Shown here one piece after another: positions 12,209 through 27,185 of a stretch of 64,000 nucleotides of DNA (positions are counted from its first letter, which is position 1; each line of letters starts with the position of its first letter). The notes below the pieces were generated by a model. The model was not told where the DNA came from. It made no database searches and saw nothing but the letters and a program-made list of their open reading frames with translations. Origin of the DNA: Octopus sinensis (taxonomy: Eukaryota); the NCBI RefSeq assembly GCF_006345805.1, contig NC_042999.1:5890001-5954000 (forward strand), read 5' to 3'. The position numbers and the translations under genes are program-made.

Positions 12209-15200
12209 GTGATTGTTGCCGGAGCCACTGACTGGCTCCTGTGCCAGTGGCATGTAAAAAGCACCATTTGAGCATGGTCGATGCCTGACTGGCTCCTGTG
12301 CCAGTGGCACATAAAAACACCATTCAAGTGTGGTCATTGCCAGTGGCATGTAAAAAGCACCATTCGAGCATGATCGTTGCCAGTGTTACCAGACTGGCTC
12401 CTGTGCCAGTGACATGTAAAAAGCACCATTTGAGCATGGTCGATGCCTGACTGGCTCCTGTGCCAGTGGCACATAAAAACACGATTCAAGTGTGGTCATT
12501 ACCAGTGGCATGTAAAAAGCACCATTGAGCATGATCGTTGCCAGTGTTACCAGACTGGCTCCTGTGCCAATGGCATGTAAAAAGCACCATTTGAGCATGG
12601 TCGATGCCTGACTGGCTCCTGTGCCAGTGGCACATAAAAACACCATTCAAGTGTGGTCATTGCCAGTGGCATGTAAAAAGCACCATTCGAGCATGATCGT
12701 TGCCAGTGTTACCAGACTGGCTCCTGTGCCAGTGGCATGTAAAAAGCACCATTTGAGCATGGTCGATACTGACTGGCTCCTGTGCCAGTGGCACATAAAA
12801 AAACCATTCAAGTGTGGTCATTGCAGTGGCATGTAAAAAGCACCATTCGAGCATGATCGTTGCCAGTGTTACCAGACTGGCTCCTGTGCCAATGGCATGT
12901 AAAAAGCACCATTTGAGCATGGTCGATGCCTGACTGGCTCCTGTGCCAGTGCACATAAAAACACACATTCAAGTGTGGTCATTGCCAGTGGCATGTAAAA
13001 AGCACCATTTGAGCATGGTCGATGCCTGACTGGCTCCTGTGCCAGTGGCACATAAAAACACCATTCAAGTGTGGTCATTGCCAGTGGCATGTAAAAGCAC
13101 CATTCGAGCATGATCGTTGCCAGTGTACCAGACTGGCTCCTGTGCCAATGGCATGTAAAAAGCACCATTTGAGCATGGTCGATGCCTGACTGGCTCCTGT
13201 GCCAGTGCACATAAAAACACCATTCAAGTGTGGTCATTGCCAGTGGCATGTAAAAAGCACCATTTGAGCATGGTCGATGCCTGACTGGCTCCTGTGCCAG
13301 TGGCACATAAAAACACCATTCAAGTGGTGGTCATTGCCAGTGGCATGTAAAAAGCACCATTCGAGCATGATCGTTGCCAGTGTTACCAGACTGGCTCCTG
13401 TGCCAGTGGCATGTAAAAAGCACATTTGAGCATGGTCGATGCCTGACTGGCTCCTGTGCCAGTGACACATAAAAACACCATTCAAGTGTGGTCATTGCCA
13501 GTGGCATGTAAAAAGCACCATTCGAGCATGATCGTTGCCAGTGTTACAGACTGGCTCCTGTGCCAGTGGCATGTAAAAGCACCATTTGAGCATGGTCGAT
13601 GCCTGACTGGCTCCTGTGCCAGTGACACATAAAAACACCATTCAAGTGTGGTCATTGCCAGTGGCATGTAAAAAGCACCATTTGAGCATGGTCGATGGTC
13701 GATGCCTGACTGGCTCCTGTGCCAGTGACACATAAAAAACACCATTCAAGTGTGGTCATTGCCAGTGGCATGTAAAAAGCACCATTCGAGCATGGTCGAT
13801 GCCTGACTGGCTCCTGTGCCAGTGACACATAAAAACACCATTCAAGTGTGGTCATTGCCAGTGGCATGTAAAAAGCACCATTGAGCATGGTCGATGCCTG
13901 ACTGGCTCCTGTGCCAGTGACACATAAAAACACCATTCAAGTGTGGTCATTGCCAGTGGCATGTAAAAAGCACCATTTGAGCATGGTCGATGCCTGACTG
14001 GCTCCTGTGCCAGTGACACATAAAAACACCATTCAAGTGTGGTCATTGCCAGTGGCATGTAAAAAGCACCATTTGAGCATGGTCGATGCCTGACTGGCTC
14101 CTGTGCCAGTGACACATAAAAACACCATTCAAGTGTGGTCATTGCCAGTGGCATGTAAAAAGCACCATTGAGCATGGTCGATGCCTGACTGGCTCCTGTG
14201 CCAGTGACACATAAAAACACCATTCAAGTGTGGTCATTGCCAGTGGCATGTAAAAAGCACCATTTGAGCATGGTCGATGCCTGACTGGCTCCTGTGCCAG
14301 TGACACATAAAAACACCATTCAAGTGTGGTCATTGCCAGTGGCATGTAAAAAGCACCATTGAGCATGGTCGATGCCGACTGGCTCCTGTGCCAGTGACAC
14401 ATAAAAACACCATTCAAGTGTGGTCATTGCCAGTGGCATGTAAAAAGCACCATTTGAGCATGGTCGATGCCTGACTGGCTCCTGTGCCAGTGACACATAA
14501 AAACACCATTCAAGTGTCGTCATTGCCAGTGGCATGTAAAAGCACCATTTGAGCATGGTCGATGCCTGACTGGCTCCTGTGCCAGTGACACATAAAAACA
14601 CCATTCAAGTGTGGTCATTACCAGTGGCATGTAAAAAGCACCATTTGAGCATGGTCGATGCCTGACTGGCTCCTGTGCCAGTGAACATAAAAAACACCAT
14701 TCAAGTGTGGTCATTACCAGTGGCATGTAAAAAGCACCATTTGAGCATGGTCGATGCCTGACTGGCTCCTGTGCCAGTGACACATAAAAACACCATTCAA
14801 GTGTGGTCATTACCAGTGGCATGTAAAAAGCACCATTGAGCATGGTCGATGCCTGACTGGCTCCTGTGCCAGTGACACATAAAAACACCATTCAAGTGTG
14901 GTCATTACCAGTGGCATGTAAAAAGCACCATTTGAGCATGGTCGATGCCTGACTGGCTCCTGTGCCAGTGACACATAAAAACACCATTCAAGTGTGGTCA
15001 TTACCAGTGGCATGTAAAAAGCACCATTTGAGCATGGTCGATGCCTGACTGGCTCCTGTGCCAGTGACACATAAAAACACCATTCAAGTGTGGTCATTGC
15101 CAGTGGCATGTAAAAAGCACCATTTGAGCATGGTCGATGCCTGACTGGCTCCTGTGCCAGTGACACATAAAAACACATTCAAGTGTGTGGTCATTGCCAG

Positions 15201-18200
15201 TGGCATGTAAAAAGCACCATTGAGCATGGTCGATGCCTGACTGGCTCCTGTGCCAGTGACACATAAAAACACCATTCAAGTGTGGTCATTGCCAGTGGCA
15301 TGTAAAAAGCACCATTTGAGCATGGTCGATGCCTGACTGGCTCCTGTGCCAGTGACACATAAAAACACCATTCAAGTGTGGTCATTGCCAGTGGCATGTA
15401 AAAAGCACCATTTGAGCATGGTCGATGCCTGACTGGCTCCTGTGCCAGTGACACATAAAAACACCATTCAAGTGTGGTCATTGCCAGTGGCATGTAAAAA
15501 GCACCATTTGAGCATGGTCGATGCCTGACTGGCTCCTGTGCCAGTGGACACATAAAAACACCATTCAAGTGTCGTCATTGCCAGTGGCATGTAAAAAGCA
15601 CCATTTGAGCATGGTCGATGCCTGACTGGCTCCTGTGCCAGTGACACATAAAAACACCATTCAAGTGTCGTCATTGCCAGTGGCATGTAAAAAGCACCAT
15701 TTGAGCATGGTCGATGCCTGACTGGCTCCTGTGCCAGTGACACATAAAAACACCATTCAAGTGTGGTCATTGCCAGTGGCATGTAAAAGCACCATTTGAG
15801 CATGGTCGATGCCTGACTGGCTCCTGTGCCAGTGACACATAAAAACACCATTCAAGTGTCGTCATTGCCAGTGGCATGTAAAAAGCACCATTTGAGCATG
15901 GTCGATGCCTGACTGGCTCCTGTGCCAGTGACACAAAAACACCATTCAAGTGTGGTCATTGCCAGTGGCATGTAAAAAGCACCATTTGAGCATGGTCGAT
16001 GCCTGACTGGCTCCTGTGCCAGTGACACATAAAAACACCATTCAAGTGTGGTCATTGCCAGTGGCATGTAAAAAGCACCATTTGAGCATGGTCGATGCCT
16101 GACTGGCTCCTGTGCCAGTGACACATAAAAACACCATTCAAGTGTGGTCATTGCCAGTGGCATGTAAAAAGCACCATTTGAGCATGGTCGATGCCTGACT
16201 GGCTCCTGTGCCAGTGACACATAAAAACACCATTCAAGTGTGGTCATTGCCAGTGGCATGTAAAAAGCACCATTTGAGCATGGTCGATGCCTGACTGGCT
16301 CCTGTGCCAGTGACACATAAAAACACCATTCAAGTGTGGTCATTGCCAGTGGCATGTAAAAAGCACCATTTGAGCATGGTCGATGCCTGACTGGCTCCTG
16401 TGCCAGAGTGACACATAAAAACACCATTCAAGTGTGGTCATTGCCAGTGGCATGTAAAAAGCACCATTTGAGCATGGTCGATGCCTGACTGGCTCCTGTG
16501 CCAGTGACACATAAAAACACCATTCAAGTGTGGTCATTGCCAGTGGCATGTAAAAAGCACCATTTGAGCATGGTCGATGCCTGACTGGCTCCTGTGCCAG
16601 TGACACATAAAAACACCATTCAAGTGTGGTCATTGCCAGTGGCATGTAAAAAGCACCATTTGAGCATGGTCGATGCCTGACTGGCTCCTGTGCCAGTGAC
16701 ACATAAAAACACCATTCAAGTGTGGTCATTGCCAGTGGCATGTAAAAAGCACCATTTGAGCATGGTCGATGCCTGACTGGCTCCTGTGCCAGTGACACAA
16801 AAAAACACCATTCAAGTGTGGTCATTGCCACTGGCATGTAAAAAGCACCATTCGAGCATGGTTGATGCCTGACTGGCTCCTGTGCCAGTGACACATAAAA
16901 ACACCATTCAAGTGTGGTCATTGCCACTGGCATGTAAAAAGCACCATTTGAGCATGGTCGATGCCTGACTGGCTCCTGTGCCAGTGACACATAAAAACAC
17001 CATTCAAGTGTGGTCATTGCCAGTGGCATGTAAAAAGCACCATTTGAGCATGGTCGATGCCTGACTGGCTCCTGTGCCAGTGACACAAAAAACACCATTC
17101 AAGTGTGGTCATTGCCAGTGGCATGTAAAAAGCACCATTTGAGCATGGTCGATGCCTGACTGGCTCCTGTGCCAGTGACACATAAAAACACCATTCAAGT
17201 GTGGTCATTGCCAGTGGCATGTAAAAAGCACCATTTGAGCATGGTCGTGCCTGACTGGCTCCTGTGCCAGTGACACATAAAAACACCATTCAGTGTGGTC
17301 ATTGCCAGTGGCATGTAAAAAGCACCATTTGAGCATGGTCGATGCCTGACTGGCTCCTGTGCCAGTGACACATAAAAACACCATTCAAGTGTGGTCATTG
17401 CCAGTGGCATGTAAAAAGCACCATTTGAGCATGGTCGATGCTGACTGGCTCCTGTGCCAGTGACACATAAAAACACCATTCAAGTGTGGTCATTGCCAGT
17501 GGCATGTAAAAAGCACCATTTGAGCATGGTCGATGCCTGACTGGCTCCTGTGCCAGTGACACATAAAAAAACCATTCAAGTGTGGTCATTGCCAGTGGCA
17601 TGTAAAAAGCACATTTGAGCATGGTCGATGCCTGACTGGCTCCTGTGCCAGTGACACATAAAAACACCATTCAAGTGTGGTCATTGCAGTGGCATGTAAA
17701 AAGCACCATTTGAGCATGGTCGATGCCTGACTGGCTCCTGTGCCAGTGACACATAAAAACACATTCAAGTGTGGTCATTGCCAGTGGCATGTAAAAAGCA
17801 CCATTTGAGCATGGTCGATGCCTGACTGGCTCCTGTGCCAGTGACACATAAAAAACACCATTCAAGTGTGGTCATTGCCAGTGGCATGTAAAAAGCACCA
17901 TTTGAGCATGTCGATGCCTGACTGGCTCCTGTGCCAGTGACACATAAAAACACCATTCAAGTGTGGTCATTACCAGTGGCATGTAAAAAGCACCATTTGA
18001 GCATGGTCGATGCCTGACTGGCTCCTGTGCCAGTGACACATAAAAACACCATTCAAGTGTGGTCATGCCAGTGGCATGTAAAAAGCACCATTTGAGCATG
18101 GTCGATGCTGACTGGCTCCTGTGCCAGTGACACATAAAAACACATTCAAGTGTGGTCATTACCAGTGGCATGTAAAAAGCACCATTTGAGCATGGTCGAT

Positions 18201-21200
18201 GCCTGACTGGCTCCTGTGCCAGTGACACATAAAAACACCATTCAAGTGTGGTCATTACCAGTGGCATGTAAAAAGCACCATTTGAGCATGGTCGATGCCT
18301 GACTGGCTCCTGTGCCAGTGACACATAAAAACACCATTCAAGTGTGGTCATTACCAGTGGCATGTAAAAAGCACCATTTGAGCATGGTCGATGCCTGACT
18401 GGCTCCTGTGCCAGTGACACATAAAAACACCATTCAAGTGTGGTCATTGCCAGTGGCATGTAAAAAGCACCATTGAGCATGGTCGATGCCTGACTGGCTC
18501 CTGTGCCAGTGACACATAAAAACACCATTCAAGTGTGGTCATTGCCAGTGGCATGTAAAAAGCACCATTTGAGCATGGTCGATGCCTGACTGGCTCCTGT
18601 GCCAGTGACACATAAAACACCATTCAAGTGTGGTCATTGCCAGTGGCATGTAAAAAGCACCATTTGAGCATGGTCGATGCCTGACTGGCTCCTGTGCCAG
18701 TGACACATAAAAACACCATTCAAGTGTGGTCATTGCCAGTGGCATGTAAAAAGCACCATTTGAGCATGGTCGATGCTGACTGGCTCCTGTGCCAGTGACA
18801 CATAAAAACACCATTCAAGTGTGGTCATTGCCAGTGGCATGTAAAAAGCACCATTTGAGCATGGTCGATGCCTGACTGGCTCCTGTGCCAGTGACACATA
18901 AAAACACCATTCAAGTGTCGTCATTGCCAGTGGCATGTAAAAAGCACCATTTGAGCATGGTCGATGCCTGACTGGCCTGTGCCAGTGACACATAAAACAC
19001 CATTCAAGTGTGGTCATTGCCAGTGGCATGTAAAAAGCACCATTTGAGCATGGTCGATGCTGACTGGCTCCTGTGCCAGTGGACCATAAAAACACCATTC
19101 AAGTGTGGTCATTGCCAGTGGCATGTAAAAAGCACCATTTGAGCATGGTCGATGCCTGACTGGCTCCTGGCCAGTGACACATAAAAAACACCATTCAAGT
19201 GTGGTCATTGCCAGTGGCATGTAAAAAGCACCATTTGAGCATGGTCGATGCCTGACTGGCTCCTGTGCCAGTGACACATAAAAAACACCATTCAAGTGTG
19301 GTCATTGCCAGTGGCATGTAAAAAGCACCATTTGAGCATGGTCGATGCCTGACTGGCTCCTGTGCCAGTGACACATAAAAACACCATTCAAGTGTGGTCA
19401 TTGCCAGTGGCATGTAAAAAGCACCATTTGAGCATGGTCGATGCCTGACTGGCTCCTGTGCCAGTGACACAAACAAAACACCATTCAAGTGTGGTCATTG
19501 CCAGTGGCATGAAAAAGCACCATTTGAGCATGGTCGATGCCTGACTGGCTCCTGTGCCAGTGACACATAAAAACACCATTCAAGTGTCGTCATTGCCAGT
19601 GGCATGTAAAAAGCACCATTGAGCATGGTCGATGCCTGACTGGTCCTGTGCCAGGCCAGTGACACATAAAAACACCATTCAAGTGTGGTCATTGCCAGTG
19701 GCATGTAAAAAGCACCATTGAGCATGGTCGATGCCTGACTGGCTCCTGTGCCAGTGACACATAAAACACCATTCAAGTGTGGTCATTGCCAGTGGCATGT
19801 AAAAAGCACCATTTGAGCATGGTCGATGCCTGACTGGCTCCTGTGCCAGTGACACATAAAAACACCATTCAAGTGTGGTCATTGCCAGGGGGCATGTAAA
19901 AAGCACCATTTGAGCATGGTCGATGCCTGACTGGCTCCTGTGCCAGTGACACATAAAAACACCATTCAAGTGTCGTCATTGCCAGTGGCATGTAAAAAGC
20001 ACCATTTGAGCATGGTCGATGCCTGACTGGCTCCTGTGCCAGTGACACATAAAAACACCATTCAAGTGTGGTCATTGCCAGTGGCATGTAAAAAGCACCA
20101 TTTGAGCATGGTCGATGCCTGACTGGCTCTGTGCCAGTGACACATAAAAACACCATTCAAGTGTGGTCATTGCCAGTGGCATGTAAAAAGCACCATTTGA
20201 GCATGGTCGATGCTGACTGGCTCCTGTGCCAGTGACACATAAAAACACCATTCAAGTGTGGTCATTGCCACTGGCATGTAAAAAGCACCATTTGAGCATG
20301 GTCGATGCCTGACTGGCTCCTGTGCCAGTGACACATAAAAAAACATTCAAGTGTCGTCATTGCCAGTGGCATGTAAAAAGCACCATTTGAGCATGGTCGA
20401 TGCCTGACTGGCTCCTGTGCCAGTGACACATAAAAACACCATTCAAGTGTGGTCATTGCCAGTGGCATGTAAAAAGCACCATTTGAGCATGGTCGATGCC
20501 TGACTGGCTCCTGTGCCAGTGACACATAAAAAACCATTCAAGTGTGGTCATTGCCAGTGGCATGTAAAAAGCACCATTTGAGCAGGTCGATGCCTGACTG
20601 GCTCCTGTGCCAGTGACACATAAAACACCATTCAAGTGTGGTCATTGCCAGTGGCATGTAAAAAGCACCATTTGAGCATGGTCGATGCCTGACTGGCTCC
20701 TGTGCCAGTGACACATAAAAACACCATTCAAGTGTCGTCATTGCCAGTGGCATGTAAAAAGCACCATTTGAGCATGGTCGATGCCTGACTGGCTCCTGTG
20801 CCGTGACACATAAAAACACCATTCAAGTGTCGTCATTGCCAGTGGCATGTAAAAAGCACCATTTGAGCATGGTCGTGCCTGACTGGCTCCTGTGCCAGTG
20901 ACACATAAAAACACCATTCAAGTGTGGTCATTGCCAGTGGCATGTAAAAAGCACCATTTGAGCATGGTCGATGCCTGACTGGCTCTGTGCCAGTGACACA
21001 TAAAAAACACCATTCAAGTGTGGTCATTGCCAGTGGCATGTAAAAAGCACCATTCGAGCATGGTCGATGCCTGACTGGCTCCTGTGCCAGTGACACATAA
21101 AAACACCATTCAAGGTCGTCATTGCCAGTGGCATGTAAAAAGCACCATTTGAGCATGGTCGATGCCTGACTGGCTCCTGTGCCAGTGACACATAAAAACA

Positions 21201-24200
21201 CCATTCAAGTGTCGTCATTGCCAGTGGCATGTAAAAAGCACCATTTGAGCATGGTCGATGCCTGACTGGCTCCTGTGCCAGTGACACATAAAAACACCAT
21301 TCAGTGTGGTCATTGCCAGTGGCATGTAAAAAGCACATTTGAGCATGGTCGATGCCTGACTGGCTCCTGTGCCAGTGACACAATAAAAACACCATTCAAG
21401 TGTCGTCATTGCCAGTGGCATGTAAAAAGCACCATTGAGCATGGTCGATGCCTGACTGGCTCCTGTGCCAGTGACACATAAAACACCATTCAAGTGTGGT
21501 CATTGCCAGTGGCATGTAAAAAGCACCATTTGAGCATGGTCGATGCCTGACTGGCTCCTGTGCCAGTGACACATAAAAACACCATTCAAGTGTGGTCATT
21601 GCCAGTGGCATGTAAAAAGCACCATTTGAGCATGGTCGATGCCTGACTGGCTCCTGTGCCAGTGACACATAAAAACACCATTCAAGTGTGGTCATTGCCA
21701 GTGGCATGTAAAAAGCACCATTTGAGCATGGTCGATGCCTGACTGGCTCCTGTGCCAGTGACACATAAAAACACCATTCAAGTGTCGTCATTGCCAGTGG
21801 CATGTAAAAAGCACCATTGAGCATGGTCGATGCCTGACTGGCTCCTGTGCCAGTGACACATAAAAACACCATTCAAGTGTGTCATTGCCAGTGGCATGTA
21901 AAAAGCACCATTTGAGCATGGTCGATGCCTGATGGCTCCTGTGCCAGTGACACATATAAAAACACCATTCAAGTGTGGTCATTGCCAGTGGCAGTGTAAA
22001 AAGCACCATTTGAGCATGGTCGATGCCTGACTGGCTCCTGTGCCAGTGACACATAAAACACCATTCAAGTGTGGTCATTGCCAGTGGCATGTAAAAAGCA
22101 CCATTCGAGCATGGTCGAGGCCTGACTGGCTCCTGTGCCAGTGAACATAAAAAACACCATTCAAGTGTCGTCATTGCCAGTGGCATGTAAAAAGCACCAT
22201 TTGAGCATGGTCGATGCCTGACTGGCTCCTGTGCCAAGTGACACATAAAAACACCATTCAAGTGTCGTCATTGCCAGTGGCATGTAAAAAGCACCATTTG
22301 AGCATGGTCGATGCCTGACTGGCTCCTGTGCCAGTGACACATAAAAAACACCATTCAAGTGTGGTCATTGCCAGTGGCATGTAAAAGCACCATTTGAGCA
22401 TGGTCGATGCTGACTGGCTCCTGTGCCAGTGACACATAAAAACACCATTCAAGTGTCGTCATTGCCAGTGGCATGTAAAAAGCACCATTTGAGCATGGTC
22501 GATGCCTGACTGGCTCCTGTGCCAGTGACACATAAAAAACACCATTCAAGTGTGGTCATGCCAGTGGCATGTAAAAAGCACCATTTGAGCATGGTCGATG
22601 CCTGACTGGCTCCTGTGTGCAGTGACACATAAAAACACCATTCAAGTGTGGTCATTGCCAGTGGCATGTAAAAAGCACCATTCGAGCGATGGTCGATGCT
22701 GACTGGCCCCTGTGCCAGTGACACATAAAAACACCATTCAAGTGTGGTCATTGCCAGTGGCATGTAAAAAAGCACCATTTGAGCATGGTCGATGCCTGAC
22801 TGGCTCCTGTGCCAGTGACACATAAAAACACCATTCAAGTGTCGTCATTGCCAGTGGCATGTAAAAAGCACCATTTGAGCATGGTCGATGCCTGACTGGC
22901 TCCTGTGCCAGTGACACATAAAAACACCATTCAAGTGTGGTCATTGCCAGTGGCATGTAAAAAGCACCATTTGAGCATGGTCGATGCCTGACTGGCTCCT
23001 GTGCCAGTGACACATAAAAAACACCATTCAAGTGTCGTCATTGCCAGTGGCATGTAAAAAGCACCATTTGAGCATGGTCGATGCCTGACTGGCTCCTGTG
23101 CCAGTGGACACATAAAAACACCATTCAAGTGTCGTCATTGCCAGTGGCATGTAAAAAGCACCATTGAGCATGGTCGATGCCTGATGGCTCCTGTGCCAGT
23201 GACACATAAAAACACCATTCAAGTGTCGTCATGCCAGTGGCATGTAAAAAGCACCATTTGAGCATGGTCGATGCCTGACTGGCTCCTGTGCCAGTGACAC
23301 ATAAAAACACCATCAAGTGTCGTCATTGCCAGTGGCATGTAAAAAGCACCATTTGAGCATGGTCGATGCCTGACTGGCTCCTGTGCCAGTGACACATAAA
23401 AACACCATTCAAGTGTCGTCATTGCCGTGGCATGTAAAAAGCACCATTTGAGCATGGTCGATGCCTGACTGGCTGGCTCCTGTGCCAGTGACACATAAAA
23501 ACACCATTCAAGTGTCGTCTTGCCAGTGGCATGTAAAAGCACCATTTGAGCATGGTCGATGCCTGACTGCTCCTGTGCCAGTGACACATAAAAAACACCA
23601 TTCAAGTGTGGTCATGCCAGTGGCATGTAAAAGCACCATTTGAGCATGGTCGATGCCTGACTGGCTCCTGTGCCAGTGACACATATAAAAACACCATTCA
23701 AGTGTGGTCATTGCCAGTGGCATGTAAAAAGCACCATTTGAGCATGGTCGATGCCTGACTGGCTCCTGTGCCAGTGACACATAAAAACACCATTCAAGTG
23801 TGGTCATTGCCAGTGGCATGTAAAAGCACCATTTGAGCATGGTCGATGCCTGACTGGCTCCTGTGCCAGTGACACATAAAAACACATTCAAGTGTGGTCA
23901 TTGCCAGTGGCATGTAAAAAGCACCATTCGAGCATGGTCGATGCCTGACTGGCTCCTGTGCCAGTGACACATAAAAACACCATTCAAGTGTCGTCATTGC
24001 CAGTGGCATGTAAAAAGCACCATTTGAGCATGGTCGATGCCTGACTGGCTCTGTGCCAGTGACACATAATAAAACAACCATTCAAGTGTCGTCATTGCCA
24101 GTGGCATGTAAAAAGCACCATTTGAGCATGGTCGATGCCTGACTGGCTCCTGTGCCAGTGACACATAAAAACCACCATTCAAGTGTGGTCATTGCCAGTG

Positions 24201-26827
24201 GCATGTAAAAAGCACCATTTGAGCATGGTCGATGCCTGACTGGCTCCTGTGCCAGTGACACATAAAAACACCATTCAAGTGTCGTCATTGCCAGTGGCAA
24301 TGTAAAAAAGCACCATTTGAGCATGGTCGATGCCTGACTGGCTCCTGTGCCAGTGACACATAAAAACACCATTCAAGTGTGGTCATGCCAGTGGCATGTA
24401 AAAAGCACCATTTGAGCATGGTCGATGCCTGACTGGCTCCTGTGCCAGTGACACATAAAAACACCATTCAAGTGTGGTCATTGCCAGTGGCATGTAAAAA
24501 GCACCATTCGAGCATGGTCGATGCCTGGACTGGCCCCTGTGCCAGTGACACATAAAAACACCATTCAAGTGTGGTCATTGCAGTGGCATGTAAAAAGCAC
24601 CATTTGAGCATGGTCGATGCCTGACTGGCTCCTGTGCCAGTGACACATAAAAACACCATTCAAGTGTCGTCATTGCAGTGGCATGTAAAAAGCACCATTT
24701 GAGCATGGTCGATGCCTGACTGGCTCCTGTGCCAGTGACACATAAAAACACCATTCAAGTGTGGTCATTGCCAGTGGCATGTAAAAAGCACCATTTGAGC
24801 ATGGTCGATGCCTGACTGGCTCCTGTGCCAGTGAACATAAAAAACACCATTCAAGTGTCGTCATTGCCAGTGGCATGTAAAAAGCACCATTTGAGCATGG
24901 TCGATGCCTGACTGGCTCCTGTGCCAGTGAAGTGAACATAAAAAACACCATTCAAGTGTCGTCATTGCCAGTGGCATGTAAAAAGCACCATTTGAGCATG
25001 GTCGATGCTGACTGGCTCCTGTGCCAGTGAGTGACACATAAAAACACATTCAAGTGTCGTCATTGCCAGTGGCATGTAAAAAGCCACATTTGAGCATGGT
25101 CGATGCCTGACGGCTCCTGTGCCAGTGACACATAAAAACACCATTCAAGTGTCGTCATTGCCAGTGGCATGTGTAAAAAGCACCATTTGAGCATGGTCGA
25201 TGCCTGACTGGCTCCTGTGCCAGTGACACATAAAAACACCATTCAAGTGTCGTCATTGCCAGTGGCATGTAAAAAGCACCATTTGAGCATGGTCGATGCC
25301 TGACTGGCTCCTGTGCCAGTGACACATAAAAACACCATTCAAGTGTCGTCATTGCCAGTGGCATGTAAAAAGCACCATTTGAGCATGGTCGATGCCTGAC
25401 TGGCTCCTGTGCCAGGACACATAAAAACACCATTCAAGTGTGGTCATTGCCAGTGGCATGAAAAAGCACCATTTGAGCATGGTCGATGCCTGACTGGCTC
25501 CTGTGCCAGTGACACATAAAAACACCATTCAAGTGTGGTCATTGCCAGTGGCATGTAAAAAGCACCATTTGAGCATGGTCGATGCCTGACTGGCTCCTGT
25601 GCCAGTGACACATAAAAACACCATTCAAGTGTGGTCATTGCCAGTGGCATGTAAAAAGCACCATTTGAGCATGGTCGATGCCTGACTGGCTCCTGTGCCA
25701 GTGACACATAAAACACCATTCAAGTGTGTCATTGCCAGTGGCATGTAAAAAGCACCATTTGAGCATGGTCGATGCCTGACTGGCTCCTGTGCCAGTGACA
25801 CATAAAAACACCATTCAAGTGTCGTCATTGCCAGTGGCATGTAAAAAGCACCATTTGAGCATGGTCGATGCCTGACTGGCTCCTGTGCCAGTGACAATAA
25901 AAACACCATTCAAGTGTGGTCATTGCCAGTGGCATGTAAAACAGACCATTTGAGCATGGTCGATGCCTGACGGCTCCTGTGCCAGTGACACATATAAAAA
26001 CACCATTCAAGTGTCGTCATTGCCAGTGGCATGTAAAAAGCACCATTTGAGCATGGTCGATGCCTGACTGCTCCTGTGCCAGTGACACATAAAAACACCA
26101 TCAAGTGTGGTCATTGCCAGTGGCATGTAAAAAGCACCATTTGAGCATGGTCGATGCCTGACTGCTCCTGTGCCAGTGACAATACAAAAAACACCATTCA
26201 AGTGTGGTCATTGCCACTGGCATGTAAAAAGCACCATTTGAGCATGGTCGATGCCTGACTGGCTCCTGTGCCAGTGACACATAAAAACACCATTCAAGTG
26301 TGGTCATGCCAGTGGCATGTAAAAAGCACCATTTGAGCATGGTCGATGCCTGACTGGCTCCTGTGCAGGGCACCATAAAAACCACCATTCAAGTGTGGTC
26401 ATTGCAGTGGCATGTAAAAAGCACCATTGAGCATGGTCGATGCCTGACTGGCTCCTGTGCCAGTGACACATAAAAACCCATTCAAATGTCGTCATTGCCA
26501 GTGGCATGTTAAAAAGCACCATTGAGCATGGTCGATGCCTGACTGGCTCCTGTGCCAGTGACACAATAAAAACACCATTCAAGTGTCGTCATTGCCAGTG
26601 GCATGTAAAAGCAACATTTGAGCATGGTCGATGCCTGACTGGCTCCTGTGCCAGTGGACACATTATAAAAAACACCATTCAAGTTGTGGTCATTGCCAGT
26701 GGCATGTAAAAAGCACCATTTGAGCATGTCGATGCCTGACTGGCTCCTGTGCCAGTGACACATAAAAACACCATTCAAGTGTGGTCATTGCAGTGGCATG
26801 TAAAAAGCACCATTTTGAGCATGGTCG
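12209..26827 (+). repeat. SINE-derived satellite array: 96-bp unit (40+56 subunits), with 162-bp units (40+66+56) at the left end; open into the gap
   Basis: Unit ccattcaagtgtggtcattgccagtggcatgtaaaaagcaccatttgagcatggtcgatgcctgactggctcctgtgccagtgacacataaaaaca repeated roughly 150 times. Homologous to the internal repeat of SINE family A. Confidence 0.97.
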
Positions 26828-26927
26828 NNNNNNNNNNNNNNNNNNNNNNNNNNNNNNNNNNNNNNNNNNNNNNNNNNNNNNNNNNNNNNNNNNNNNNNNN
26901 NNNNNNNNNNNNNNNNNNNNNNNNNNN
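26828..26927. other. Assembly gap (100 N, true size unknown)
   Basis: Run of N directly after the satellite. Confidence 0.99.
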
Positions 26928-27185
26928 TATTTGCGGTTTCTTTACAAAGAACTGGTAAAAGCTATTTTAGGTTGAACATTATCGAATGCCTAAAGAATTC
27001 GGTGGACTTAGGCGTATGATCTACAGCTTAAAGGGAGATTACTTTAGCTTTTTTTTTTTTTTTGGTTCACTTTTCAATTTCTTGTCAAATTTCTTTTGTA
27101 TATACTTAGTATTGTAAATGTATTTTTTCGAAATTCTTACTATTTTAACAATAATAAAATCATGTTTCATTTATGTCTTAGTAAA

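Noticed and set aside
12386-26778. Long minus-strand ORFs of the 32-aa repeat MPLAMTTLEWCFYVSLAQEPVRHRPCSNGAFY
   Set aside because: They follow from a 96-bp unit with one stop-free frame. Frameshifts are frequent, the sequence is SINE-derived, and there is no unique start or end. Indels rise toward the gap, suggesting consensus errors.
12209-26827. CRISPR-like array (also 46830-47390 and 49981-50541)
   Set aside because: No unique spacers, no cas genes, eukaryotic context.
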